Origin: Malacoraja senta
Taxonomy: Eukaryota
Direction: 5' to 3'
Length of the DNA: 64,000 nucleotides
Assembly: GCA_038087875.1 (NCBI GenBank)
Contig: CM075987.1
Location: 24,306,001-24,370,000 of the forward strand
The translations under genes and the position numbers were made by a program. Of the stretch, positions 13,812 to 26,454 are shown in pieces. The notes beneath the pieces are model-generated. The model ran no database searches, was not told where the DNA came from, and was given only the letters and a program-made list of their open reading frames with translations. Positions within the stretch are counted from its first letter, which is position 1; every line of letters starts with the position of its first letter.

Positions 13812-14645
13812 TTCAGTTTAGTTTATTGTCACGTGTACCGAGGTACAGTGAAAAGCTTTTTGTTGCGTGCTAACCAGTCAGTGGAAAGTCAATACATGAT
13901 TACAATCGAGCCATTTACAGTGTATAGATGCGTTTAGTGCAAGGTAAAGCCATTAAAGTCCGATCAAATATAGTCCAAGGGTCAACAATGAGGTAGATTT
14001 GCCTGATAACACCTGGGAAGAAACTGTCCCTGAACCTGGAAGGTGTGCATTCTTGTACACTTCTATACATTTTTCCCGATGGGAGAGGGGGAGAAGAGGG
14101 AGTGGCCGGGTTGCGGCTCGTCCTTGATTATGCTGCTGGCCTTGCCGAGGCAGCTTGAGATATAAATGGACTCAATGGAAGGGAGGTGGACAAAAGTGCT
14201 GGAGAAACTCAGCAGGTGCAGCAGCATCTATGGAGCGAAGGAAATAGGCAACATAGAAACATAGAAACATAGAAAATAGGTGCAGGAGTAGGCCATTCGG
14301 CCCTTCGAGCCTGCACCGCCATTCAATATGATCATGGCTGATCATCCAACTCAGTATCCCGTGCCTGCCTTCTCTCAATACCCACTGATCCCTTTAGCCA
14401 CAAGGGCCACATCTAACTCCCTCTTAAATATAGCCAATGAACTGGCATCAACTACCTTCTGTGGCAGAGAGTTCCAGAGATTCACCACTCTCTGTGTGAA
14501 AAATGTTTCGGGCCGAAACCCTTCTTCAGACTTCTCTTCAGAATCTCCTCAATGGAAGGGAGGTTAGTTTGTGTGACAGTCTGGGCCACGTCTACAATTG
14601 GCTGCGATTTCACGCTGTCTTGGATGGAGCTGTTCCCAGACCAAA
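13812..14645 (-). mobile_element. Rex1/Babar-like fragment with nested PLE and CR1 pieces
   Basis: 17-bp TSD CTCAATGGAAGGGAGGT (14171-14187, 14548-14564) around the nested insert. Confidence 0.75.
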
Positions 14646-15525
14646 CTGGGGGATGGATCCCGATAAACTCCGGGTTTAGATACTGACCATTGTCCCTGAA
14701 ACCCTGTGGCCTGGAGTTTGTAGCGCTCCCCACTCGCCTGATTGGGTCGCTGTCTTATTGAAGAGGAAGATGTGACATTTATTGCGCTTTTGGTTTGTAG
14801 ATAGAAAGCTGCAAAATCTGGGAGGCGTAAAATGGACCAAAGTTACTGTAATATTTACCAGTGTAACACCAGACTGCCTTTGGAGTAACTGTTTGTTTTG
14901 AAGGGTGTTGTTATAAGTGTAATACTTGTTGAAAAAGATCCAGATTGAAAACTAAGTGCATTTTAATAGTTTAAGAAAGAACTGCAGATGGTGAAAAAAA
15001 ATCGAAGGTAGACAAAAATGCTGGAGAAACTCAGCGGGTGAGGCAGCATCTACGGAACGAAGGAATAGGTGACCCAAGGGTCTCGACCCGAAACGTCACC
15101 TATTCCTTCGCTCCATAGATGCTGCCTCACCCGCAGAGTTTCTCCAGCATTTTAACAGTTTACTGGGTTACTTTGAAGGATTCTGTGCTGAATATTTAGT
15201 ATTCTGAAATGCCACAACATCCTCCTGCATTCTTAACTCCAAATTGCACCACTGGCAAACTGCCCACAATGGAGTTTAGTCCCAGCTTGTGTAACAAACA
15301 TTTAATACAGATGACAAAATGCCACATACATACTTTCGACTGATTTTAGTTCTTGGAAGTCCTTGATTGTTTGAGCCCATCACACAAAGTCATCCTTTCG
15401 AAGTGGGAGGTCCAATTTCAGTCAGAAGAGCCATTGAGGGGTGGGGGGGGTTAAAGGTGTGGTGTCAATGAAGTGCTGTCACTTCATTCACATCAATGCT
15501 TACATGGTCAATCGGCCCGTTCTTA

Positions 15526-16054
15526 AGGGTCTGTCCCACTTGGGCGACCTAATCCGCGAGTTCTGGCGAGTTTGCCCTCGCCTCATACTCGCAGCGTGGT
15601 CGACACAAGGTCCTAGGAGGTCTTTGTATCTCTCCTTCATGCTCGAGATTGGTCCCCGCGTACCCGAGGCCTCAGCTAGGTCGCGGCGTATTTTTCAACA
15701 TGCTGAAAAATGCCCGCGAGTAAATAAAGGTCGCCATGGAAAAAAATCGATACTTTTTTTTACTCGTCGGTTTAGTCGTAGTAGGTCGTAGTTGGTCGGC
15801 ATGTTAGTCGTAGGTAATCGAAGGTAGTCGAAGGTAGTCGAAGGTAGTCGTAGATAGTCTTCATCATAGTCGAAGGGTTGAAGGAGATCAAAGGAGGTTG
15901 TCTTCACTCTCCACTATTCAGTGTCCAAATTTCCTGAAGTTAGTCGTAGCTAGTCAAAGCTAGTCTTCCACATAGTCGAAGGAGGTCTTCAACATTACAT
16001 TTTTTCAAACTCTTCTAAACTCGCCAATTAGGTCACCGCAGTGGGACAGCCCCT
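15526..16054. mobile_element. PIF/Harbinger-type MITE, subfamily A (opposite orientation to 6590)
   Basis: Same TIR and internal sequence reversed; TTA TSD. Confidence 0.8.
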
Positions 16055-16314
16055 TTAGAGTCTTAGTCACGTGTGTGACCGAAATGATGAAAAATTGTGG
16101 AATACACTTCTAATTCTGAAAGCATTACAGGTATATTGTTTTGCACTGCATATATGATTCATATTTTTTTCCATTTTATTGTGAAATTTTTATACGTTAA
16201 GCTGACAATGCTTGTTTAGGGTAAGAGGTCAAATATGACTGGTCACGTGTGTGACGTTTTGGTCTCACTTTCCAAAGAATGGGCTGGTACAGGTCATAAT
16301 CGGGAGTGTCTCGT

Positions 16315-16790
16315 TACTGAGTCGTGCAGCATGCCAACAGGCCCTTCAGCCCAACTTGCCCATGCCAACCGAGCTGCCCCATCTAAACTCGTCCCATCTG
16401 CTCGCATTTGGCCCATGCCCCTCCACACCTTTCGTATCCACGTATCTACCCAAAGGTCTTTTAAATGTTGTTATAGCATCTGCCTCAACTACCTCCTCTG
16501 GCAGCTCGTTCCATATGCACACCACCCGCCTTGTGAAAAAGTTGTCCCTCAGCTTCCAATTCAAACTCTCCCCTCTCACCTTAAACCTCTGGTTCTTGAT
16601 TCCTCTATCTGTATACAAGACTGTGCATTTACCCGATCTGTTCCCCTCACGATCTTATACACCTCTATAAGATCACCTCTCATCCTCCAGCGCTCCAAGA
16701 AATAAAGTCCTAACCTCTCCAACCTCTCCTTATAGCTCAGGCCCTCAAGTCCTAGATACATTCCCTTATATCTCTGCACTCCTTCCAGCT
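16315..16790 (-). mobile_element. CR1 LINE 3' fragment
   Basis: LSYKERLERLGLY..RMRGDLIEVYKI..FFTRRVVCIWNELP. Confidence 0.8.
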
Positions 16791-16809
16791 TAAAAACATT
16801 AAAGACAGA

Positions 16810-17181
16810 TACGAAATGCTGAGAAACTCAGCAGTCCAGGCAGTATCTCCAGAGAAAAGGTATGGGTGACATTTTGGATTGAGACCCTTCTTCAGACTCA
16901 GAGGGAGGGGGAGACTAGAGATATGGAAGGGTAAGGCGTGAAAAGGACAGATCAAAGCAGACGATGATCGAGGAAATGTAGAATGGTTCATTGTTAGCTG
17001 AGGGGAGGGTGACAACGAGGTATACAACCTGTAAAATATCAGTACAATTAATCAGTGAAACTTGTGGGGGAGGGACAGAGAGAGAGGGAAAGCAAGAAGT
17101 TAGAGAAATCAATATTCATACCGCTGGGTTGTAAGCTGACCAAATATGAGGTGCCGTTCCTCCAATTTGCGTTGGGCCTCA
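16810..17181 (-). mobile_element. Penelope-like 3' fragment
   Basis: Degenerate EAQRKLEERHLIF..SLQPSGMNIDFSNF, then the same 3' UTR and terminal repeat. Confidence 0.8.
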
Positions 17182-19594
17182 ACGACATCAAATCAGTGCA
17201 ATTTCATGCAAGTGTTGAATTTCGTTAGCCGGAGGGTGGTGAATCAGTGGAATTCATTGCCACAGATGGTAGTGGAGGCCAAGTCAAGGGGTATTTTTAA
17301 AGCAGAGTTTAACGGGTTCTTGATTAGTAAGGGCGTCAAAGGTTACAGAGATAAGGCAGGAGAATGGGGTTGAGAGGGAAAATTATATCAGACATGATCG
17401 AACGGTGGAGCAGACCCGATGGGCCGAATGGCCTAATTCTGCTCCGATGTCTCATGGTCTTAAAGTCACAGGCACAGGTCAATTTTTGGCCATCATTTCT
17501 GGGGGAAATGTTTCCGTTAACTGTCCTTCCGCTGACTGGATAGCACGCAACAAAAGCTTTTCACTGTACCTCGGTCCACGTGACAATAAACTGAAGTTTA
17601 GTTTACCGAGGTACAGTGAAGAGCTTTTGTTGCCTGCTAACCAGTCAGCGGAAAGGACAGTTAACGGAAAACATTTCCCCCAGAAATGATGGCCCAAACA
17701 TTTATTCTGAATCGCACAACTCTGAAAACCAAGTGCTGTTAATTCAAATTTCGAGGCTCATTCTTGTGAGTGGCCCTGCAGCCCGTTACTAAAATAGAAC
17801 TAACCCAGACAACATTTGTTTGGGGACTAAATTCGATCCAGAATTTGCGAGAGAGTGGGGAGGCCTTTTGATCTTTCTGTTTGACCATTTACCACTTTCA
17901 AAGTTTGAAAACATAGGCAAAAAAAACACACACACACACATAGATGAACTTTGGCACCACTCCTAACTGCAGAGAACACTTACCTGACAGCTAGCATGAA
18001 GGGGACTGATTAGATGGATGAACGTTTGTGTGTCAGTGGCCCTGATAAAGAACATCGATGCTGAACAGAAGTAGAAAGAATTTATTTTGGGTCAGAACAT
18101 GAGATCTTAGGCTTTTAAACTTGAGGTCCAAGGTTATCTATACAGGCATGAGAACAAGAAAAATTGATGGCCCCTCGAACAGACAGATCTTTGAAAATGT
18201 GGTAAACAAGCCAGAAAGCTTTCAGTACAGGCCAATGCGATATTATGTGTTATTGTTATTTTAACACATACTTAAATATGTCGGCTACTTATTACATGGA
18301 GTGATGATACAGCTCTGTGTAAACCGCGGCTCATATCTGTAAGTTCAGTGCTGTTGTTTATAAACAGCAGTGAGCAGAGTTCCAGCGTTGGGTTCGGGCA
18401 TGACCTGGCACACAGTCACTTCATTCAACAAGATGTTTAAGAAAGAACTGCAGATGCTGGTAAAATCGAAGGTAGACAAAAATTGCTGGAGAAACTCAGC
18501 GGGTGAGGCAGCATCTGTGGAGCGAAGGAATAGGTGACGTTTTTCGGGTCGAGTCCCTTCTTCAGACTGATGAACAAGATCCTCGATCCAGTCTCGGATT
18601 CGGGGCCACGTTAGCTGCTTGCAGCCAGGGGAGCAGGTTTGGGATAGATGATCAGAATGAAACCCTTCCTGGCAATGGTGGGCTTCCCCGACCATCAGAG
18701 GGATTTACAGGAGTCGCTGCCTCAACAAGGCAGCCAGCATCATCAGAGACCCACACCACCCTGGCCACACACTCATTTCACTCCTGACATATATAGGAGC
18801 TTGAAAACTAACATCCAGGCTCAGGAACTGCTTCTTCCCTACAGTCACCAGGCTATTAAACACTACAACCTCCAAATAAGCTCTGAACTACATTGACTTG
18901 AGGGGCTTTGGTTTTGTCTTTTTGCACTATTATTGTGGGTTTGTTGTTTTTATTGGCAGATTCTTGCTTAGGGTAGGTGTCAGGGGTTATGAGGAGAAGG
19001 CAGGAGAATGGGGTTGAGAGGGAGAGATAGATCAGCCATGATTGAATGGCAGAGTAGACTTGATGGGCCAAATGGCCTAATTCTGCTCCTAGACCTTATG
19101 AACATTAACTAACTGTGGAAACCAATTGCGTTGGTTAATTGTGGGTCTTTACATACAAAGGGTTCAGTTCAGTTCAGTTTAGTTTATTGTCACGTGTGCC
19201 GAGGTACAGTGAAAAGCTTTTGTTGCGTGCTAACCAGCCAGAGGAAAGACAATACATGATTACAATCGCGCCGTTCACAGTATGCAGATACACAGGGGAA
19301 ATGTGAATATCTAAGATACTGCAAAACCAGCCATTTCAAATTGCTTATTCCACTTGAATAAGTTGTCTTCATTCCAAACTCAAATGAGAACAAGGATTAA
19401 ATTCTCACTGCCTGCTGCCAACACTCTTGAGTTTGCTTGTGTTTAGAACGTCCACCAGTAAACCAATTGTTGCCATAGTCATCTCCAAGGTCCCAAGTAC
19501 AAACTTGGAAACAACACATTACATGAAGCAGGGGGCTCCTGAGACTGCAAAGGCTCCCAAACTTTCTCTGAGAGTGAGGAATATTGATAATGAA

Positions 19595-19955
19595 TAGTGA
19601 AAGGCCTGGATAGAATGGATGTGGAGAGGATATTTCCACTGGTGGTGGGAGAGTCTAGGACCGGAGGTCATAGCCTCAGAATTAAAGGACGTTCCGTTAG
19701 GAAGGAGCTGAGGAGGAATTTCTTTTGTCAAAGGTTGGTGAATCCGTGGAATTCATTGCCACGGAAGGCTGTGGAGGCCACGTTAATGGATATTTTATGG
19801 TTGAGAAAGATAGATTATTGATTAGTCCGGATGTCAGAGGCTATGGGGAGAAGGCAGGTGAATGGGGTTAGGAAGGAGAGATAGATCAGCCATGATTAAA
19901 CGGCGGAGTAGACCTGATGGGCCAAATGGCGTAATTCTGCTCCTCGACCTTATGA
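19595..19955 (+). mobile_element. CR1 LINE 3' fragment
   Basis: KGLDRMDVERIFP..GHSLRIKG..WNSLP. Confidence 0.8.
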
Positions 19956-21025
19956 AGATGAATATAATTTCAGCAGGCCGGGCCACTTTCAGTGCATTTT
20001 TGTGTTGTCAGAAAGGTCGCATTGCCATCAGGCCCCGTGAAAATGATGACCACATCCATAAGTACTACAGTACCACAATGAAGCTTTGACAGTAAACATG
20101 ACTGACAATTTGCCACATACCCGCGTCCTCCTTCAGCTCGCTTGTAGACAGATGCCTCGTGAACACTTCCTTTAGACTGAATCAATCAATATCTGGCTCT
20201 ATCATTCACATCTTTCAGACTGAATCAATCAATCTGAGGCCCTACTGCTTGAACCAACAGATGGGCAACATGAAAGTGTGGTTACTGATGGAACTCATCA
20301 GTAAACAGACATGGATAAATGTCACACACTGCACGACAATTGGTGTTTTAGGTACATTTCGAACAATTTTGATCTCATTTAGTTTTAAAGCCTTAAAGTG
20401 CCAGAGACCCGGGTTTGATCCTGACTACGGGTGCTGTCTGTACGGAGTTTGTACGTTCTCCCCGTGACCTGCGTGGGTTTGCCCCAGGTGCTCCGGTTTC
20501 CTCCCACACTCCAAAGACGTACAGGATTGTAGGTTAATTGGCCGGGCATTAATGTAACGTGTCCCAAGTGTGTGTAGGATAGTGTTAATGTGCGGGGATC
20601 GATGTGGACTCGATGGGCCAAAGGGACTGTTTCTGCGCTGTATCTCTAAACTAAACTAAACTAAACTAAACTAAACTAAACTAAACTACTCTAAAAGTGT
20701 AACAGGAATGATGGGTTAAACATAAAGTCATTGGATGACGGTGTCCTTGGATGGCAGTGATAATTCCAGACAATTAATTGGTAGCTGGGTTTTCTGTGAA
20801 TCTGTCTTATTTTCAATCCTTACCCAAATTGCTTTAGGACAGAAATCATAATTGACTGTCCATTAAATCGAGGTAATGAAAAATTTATAAAAATTACTTT
20901 AGATATCCGAAATCTAAAATGAAACAGAAAATGCTAGGAATTCTCAGCTGGCGAGGCTGCATCTGCGGGAAGAGAAACAGAGTGGACCAAAAAAGGGTCT
21001 CAACTCAACACATCTTCCAGAGATG

Positions 21026-21151
21026 TCTGAAGAAGGGTTTCGGCCCGAAACGTTGCCTATTTCCTTCGCTCCATAGATGCTGCTGCACCCGCTGAGTTTC
21101 TCCAGCATTTTTGTGTACCTTCGATTTTCCAGCATCTGCAGTTCCTTCTTT
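21026..21151 (+). mobile_element. Short PLE insertion beginning at the hammerhead core (21027-21054)
   Basis: 19-bp TSD AACACATCTTCCAGAGATG (21007-21025, 21152-21170); inserted into an older PLE copy. Confidence 0.85.
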
Positions 21152-22693
21152 AACACATCTTCCAGAGATGCTGCCTGGTGTGGTGGAGCCACCAGAGGGG
21201 AGGGGGAGGGTGGGAGAGCAAAGGGGACCTGGTACGGGATACTTTGTAACTTTGTCCGTGCCCTTTATGTGGCCACTCTTTGCATACCTTATGTGTGAAT
21301 AAATGAATGAATGATACTTTACTGTCACGTCACGTCACAGTTTAATTCTTTGTTTTGCATGCGGCAAGGTATTCAAAACAAAGAATTAAACTGTGACTTG
21401 CCACATGTGACAATAAAATATCATTAATCCATTCATTCATACTTACCTGCTGAGTTCCTCCATCACTTTGTATTTTACTCAAGGTTCCTGCATCTGCCAT
21501 TCCTCGTCTCTCTCGTGCTTCCAGCCTGACCCGCTGAATATTTCCAGCGTTTTCTGTTTTTGTTTTAAATTGAAACGATATTTAAATGAAAGTGGTATCA
21601 GGTCTCAGAAGAGATATGTGACCAAGACTTTGGCACACAAATTGCTCAAGACCATTTGTTTAGGCAATGTGAGTCACCACAACATTGTTGGGAAAGTTAC
21701 ATTGTCTGTTAACTCAAGATCCCGCTGCAGTTTTTCGAAGATAGGGGGATTATCCTGATACGCTTGCCTGATACCCAAAGCAGGCTCTCTTTTCTGAGCT
21801 CTGTTGTGAGGCGAGATAGGGCAAGATTCAAAGACATGCTCAAAGTTGAATTAGTTTATGTGTAGGAAAGAACTGCAGATGCTGGTTTAAATCAAAGATA
21901 GACACAAAATGCCGGAGCAACTCAGCGGGACAGGCAGCAATGGGTGACGTTTCGGGTTGAGATCCTAGTTAGTTTAGTTTGGTTCAGAGATACACTGCGG
22001 AAACACCGAGTCCACACCGACCAGCGATCCCCATACGCTTGCACTATGCTACACACACTAGGGACAATTTACAGTTATACCAAGCCAATTAGCCTACAAA
22101 CCTGTGCATCTTTGGAGTGGGGGGGGGGGGGGAACAGGAGATCCCGGTGAAAACCCACGCAGATCACGGGATGTAGGACAGCAATTATACCGCTGCGCCA
22201 ACGTGTCACACTAAAAGCTTCCTTGAAGAAATGCAGCACCCCCCCACCCCCATTAACACCTGGGATCCCTGGCTAGAACCACTCAGAGTGGACTCGGGGT
22301 TTGTCTAGTACCTTATGGCTGTACATTATATACACACAGAAGCCCTGTGTAATGGTAGCCATGTGTAATCAATGGGGAGAACGTACCACTTCACAAACCA
22401 TCCTCTAGTCCACCCCATCAACCACAACTCGTCCCAAGTGTAGAAGGGTCCGTGGCTCCTATATTGAATTTATTAGAAGAAGATCTTCAAATGCGCTATT
22501 ATAATCATTTACCTAGATTTAAGCAAGAAGGTGGAACAATGAGCTATGTTTTTTCGTAGAAAATGTAATCTTTGCAAACAGTACAAAAATCAACACTATA
22601 TTAGCGAATATCCTGGCATTTATTTCTGAACATTCAATATTTCTATTAGACATTATTTGGTTTCTATCAGTATAGTTTGTGTGAACTTACACA

Positions 22694-22980
22694 GCGGCAC
22701 AGCGGTAGAGCTGTTGCCTTACAGCCCCAGAGACCCAGGATCGATCCTGACTACGGGTGTTGTCCGTGCAGAGTTTGTATGTTCTCCCCGTGACCTCATG
22801 GGTATTTTCCGGGTGCTTCGGTTTCCTCCCACACTCCAAAGACGTACAGGTTTGTAGATTAATTGGCCTCTGTAAATTGTCCCCAGTGTGCAGGTTAGAA
22901 CTAGCGTACGGGTGATTGTGGTCTGCATGGTCTCGGTGGGCTGAAGGGCCTGTTTCCATGGAGTATCTCTAAACTAAACG
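22694..22980 (+). mobile_element. HE1-type SINE
   Basis: Full-length family match. Confidence 0.85.
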
Positions 22981-23079
22981 AAACTATCGGACTTTACTGG
23001 TTTTACTTTGCACTAAACGTTATTCTCATATCATGTATCATATCATGGCTCAATGTATTATCGCTCCGCTGACTGGTTA

Positions 23080-23387
23080 AGCCCCTGTCCCACTGTACGA
23101 GGTAATTCAAGAGTTCTCCCGAGTTTCCCCAGATTCGAACTCGGAGAATTACGGGTAATGGCCGCTCGTAGGTACTCGGGGCTCTCGTGGACATTTTTCA
23201 ACATGTTGAAAAATCTTCACGAGTTACCGCATTTCCCGAGTACCTGCCGTTGGCGTTACGAGCCGCTAAGAGACGTCCCCGAGCTCCGACGTACCCGCTA
23301 CGTACATTCTACGTGCTTACCACAAGTTTGATTTTTGTTTAAACTCAGGAGAGCTCTTGAATTACCTCGTACAGTGGGACAGGCCCT
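23080..23387. mobile_element. PIF/Harbinger-type MITE, subfamily B, inside a Rex1/Babar tail
   Basis: The empty site GACTGGTTAGCACGCAAC is known from other copies in the window, which confirms the 3-bp TTA duplication. Confidence 0.85.
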
Positions 23388-25884
23388 TTAGCACGCAACA
23401 AAAGCTTTTCACTGTACCTCGGTACATGTGACAATATACTAAACGGAACTGAACTAAACTAATCTGAATTTACAATGGGAATAAAAGCTGCAGCATTTCC
23501 GATATTGCAACAGTCCAACCATGCTTGAAAAAAGGCGTTGCTGATTTCCGAGGGCTTTGGGATAAAGTGAATTGCAAATCTTTCTTTAAAAAAATATAAG
23601 CTTATGGGTTGTGGAAGGAAACAAGGCAGGGACCTCCACTGGGGTCGGAGTTGCTGAGATAAACTGAGTTCGAGGTGGAGACTTTCAATCAATCTTCATG
23701 TCGAGGTTGTGAAGAGGGAGAGGGGAAGAGGCTTGTGTGAAACAATGCATTTGATGCATGGGAGGTCCAGGCGAGGAATGTTGCAGGCATCTTTAATCAC
23801 TTAAACAGTTAACCTTTGTTATCTTAGCTGAGGTACAAAAATAAAGATTCATCCTCCTTGTGTTCCAGTGGCTCAAGACTATGAGAAAAGCTCTTGGCTG
23901 AATTGTTTGTTAAAGATTAGACATGTTAGTGGGCATTACAGAATAACTCACTCTCTTCAAAGGAAGAAAAAGAGAAACTTGCTTTTTTCCTTGGCTCCAT
24001 AGATGCTGCTGCATCCGCTGAGTTTCTCCAGCACTTTTGTCTACCTCCTTTTTTTTTAATATGTTGGTTGATTTAAACTCATACCTCAGAGCAGTGGTAA
24101 GTTCTGAACACATTATCTACTGGGATAATATAGGTTTAATAATAATAATAATAATAATATCTTTTATTGTCATTGCACGTCAGTGCAACGAGATTTAGTA
24201 TGCAGCTCCACCGATGTACAGGAAAAGTAAAATAAATAAATAAGCAAGCTGAGTGACGTGCCCATCCGAGGGCCAGTTCAGAGCCGCAATAGCTCTTGGA
24301 ATAAAGCTGTTTCTGAGTCTGGAGGTTAACATAGGTTAACATAGTGAGGTTAAACCTCAAACATAGGTTAAACCTCAAACATAGGTTTAAGGTGAAGCCA
24401 TAGGTTTAAAGTGAAGGGGAAAAGATTTAATAGGAATTTGAGGGGTAACTTTTTCACACAAAGGGTGGTGGGTGCATGGAACAAGCTGCCAGAGGAGGTA
24501 GTTGAGGCTGGGACTGTCCCAACGTTTAATAAACAGATAGACAGGTACATGGTTTGGAGAGATAGAGTATGAGCCAAATGCGGGCAGGTGGGACTAGCGT
24601 AGTTGGGATAGGTTGGCCGGTGTGGGCTAGTTGGGCCGAAGGGCCTGTTTCCACACTGTGTCATTCTATGACTTTACTGATAGGCTTCCGATTCTCGTTA
24701 GGGATAATCTCTCCCAACGGTGCATACTCTCCCACTTTATCCTGGTACAGAGGGGTGGTTAAAGTAAGCACTTCAAGGAAAATCCTCATGGACTGAACCT
24801 ACTAGTCAGCGTAATATTTTTCGACAATAGGTATTATTGAGAGACCTACCTTGACAATTGTAGACACAAGGAACTGCAGATGCTGGTTCACCAATAAAAA
24901 AGGCCTGAAGTTCTGGAGTAACTCAACGGGTCAGATAGCATCTCTGGAGAACAGGGATAGGTGACGTTTCACATTGGGACCCTTCTCAAACATCACCTAT
25001 CCATGTTCTCCAGAGATGCTGCCTGACCCACTGAATTACTCCAGCACTTTGTGCCTTTACTATAGTATGTGTAGTTCTTTATCTGCCAATTATAAACCGT
25101 GTCAATGCAAAAATGGCCCTGTTTTATTATACAAAGTTATCAGGCAAAAAATAATAAATAATCTATCGTGTTCTCTGGCATACTAGTGAATCCATATGAA
25201 TTTATCCTCCTTTATTATACATAGAAGATGCATCTCTGGGAATAAGCTCTGAGAGTCGCAATGTAAGAGGATTTTAATTTGGTGGTTTTGACAAGGGAAC
25301 TGTCTCTATTTGATCACATCCTTGGATTGGTGTAATGGGTAGTCTTTAGGAATGTGCTGAGACTTTATGTGTAGGAAGGAACTGCCGACGCTGGTTTAAC
25401 TGGAGATAGACACAAAATGCTGCTGTAACTCAGCAGGTCAGGCAACATTACTGGAGAAAAAGGATGGGTGACGTTTCAGGTCGGGACCCCGAAACATCAC
25501 CCATCCTTTTTCTCCAGAGATGCTGCCTGACCCGCTGAGTTGCTCCAGCACTTTGTGTCCAACACAGTGAGAGTGGTACAACATAACTGGGATTAATGTG
25601 GTTCCATAGGAAAGCTCACCATAGACATTTGGACAATAAATATGGTCTTCATGGTCTCCACCCGAAACATCACCCATTCCTTCTCTCCAGAGATGCTGCC
25701 TGTCCTGCTGAGTTACTCCAGCATTTTGAGTCTATCTGTTGGGACTTTATTACAGTACAGTTTAGTTTACTGTCACGTGTACCGAGGTACAGTGAAAAAA
25801 GCTTATCTTGCGTGCTATCAAGTCAAGGAAAGAAAATACATGTTTACAGTGTATAGATACACGATAAGGGGATATTTGGTGAGT

Positions 25885-26258
25885 ATTCTCGGGCAGATGG
25901 GGCTCGTCAGCCTGGGAAGGCAGTCCATCTAGGAGAGGGAAAACTCTGATTTACAACCTCCACTGCCTTGTGGCCATATCCCGTCATGGAAAAGGCTCCA
26001 GGAGTAAACCTCGAGAAAATCCGGAGTCGGAGCCCCTAAGGCAGTTTGTCGTTGTCTACAACCTCGCTCTGGCAGCTCCTGCGACGGCGCTGGTGCCAAA
26101 CTGTAACGGCCCTGCTGTTCCTTTGGATCGATCAGCGACGTGGAGAGGGGGGACGTGCTGCATGGGCAACAGCCTGTCCTCCATACGACATCGCCCAGGC
26201 TTGCATCCGACCAGGATGCATCACCCATGGTCAGTCATGACCGAGGGGGGCCTACTAC
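25885..26258 (+). mobile_element. Putative RTE-related non-autonomous element
   Basis: GGCAGTCCATCTAGGAGAGGGAAAACTCTGATT resembles RTE-type 5' heads as I recall them; CpG-rich; short CTACTAC tail. Confidence 0.4.
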
Positions 26259-26454
26259 AATTGACAGGAAAGCATATAATGCAACTTCATAAACTACCAG
26301 CCCTGCCATCCACCGAACTCCCTATTGAGTCCAGGCCGTTAGAAGGCAACTTTCCGTAATTTGCTGTCTCTTGTTTATAATGTATGAGGGCTGATTTCAA
26401 TATGGGTCGGTATAAAAAACCAACACAATTTAATGCGCCTTGGTATAAAAAAAT

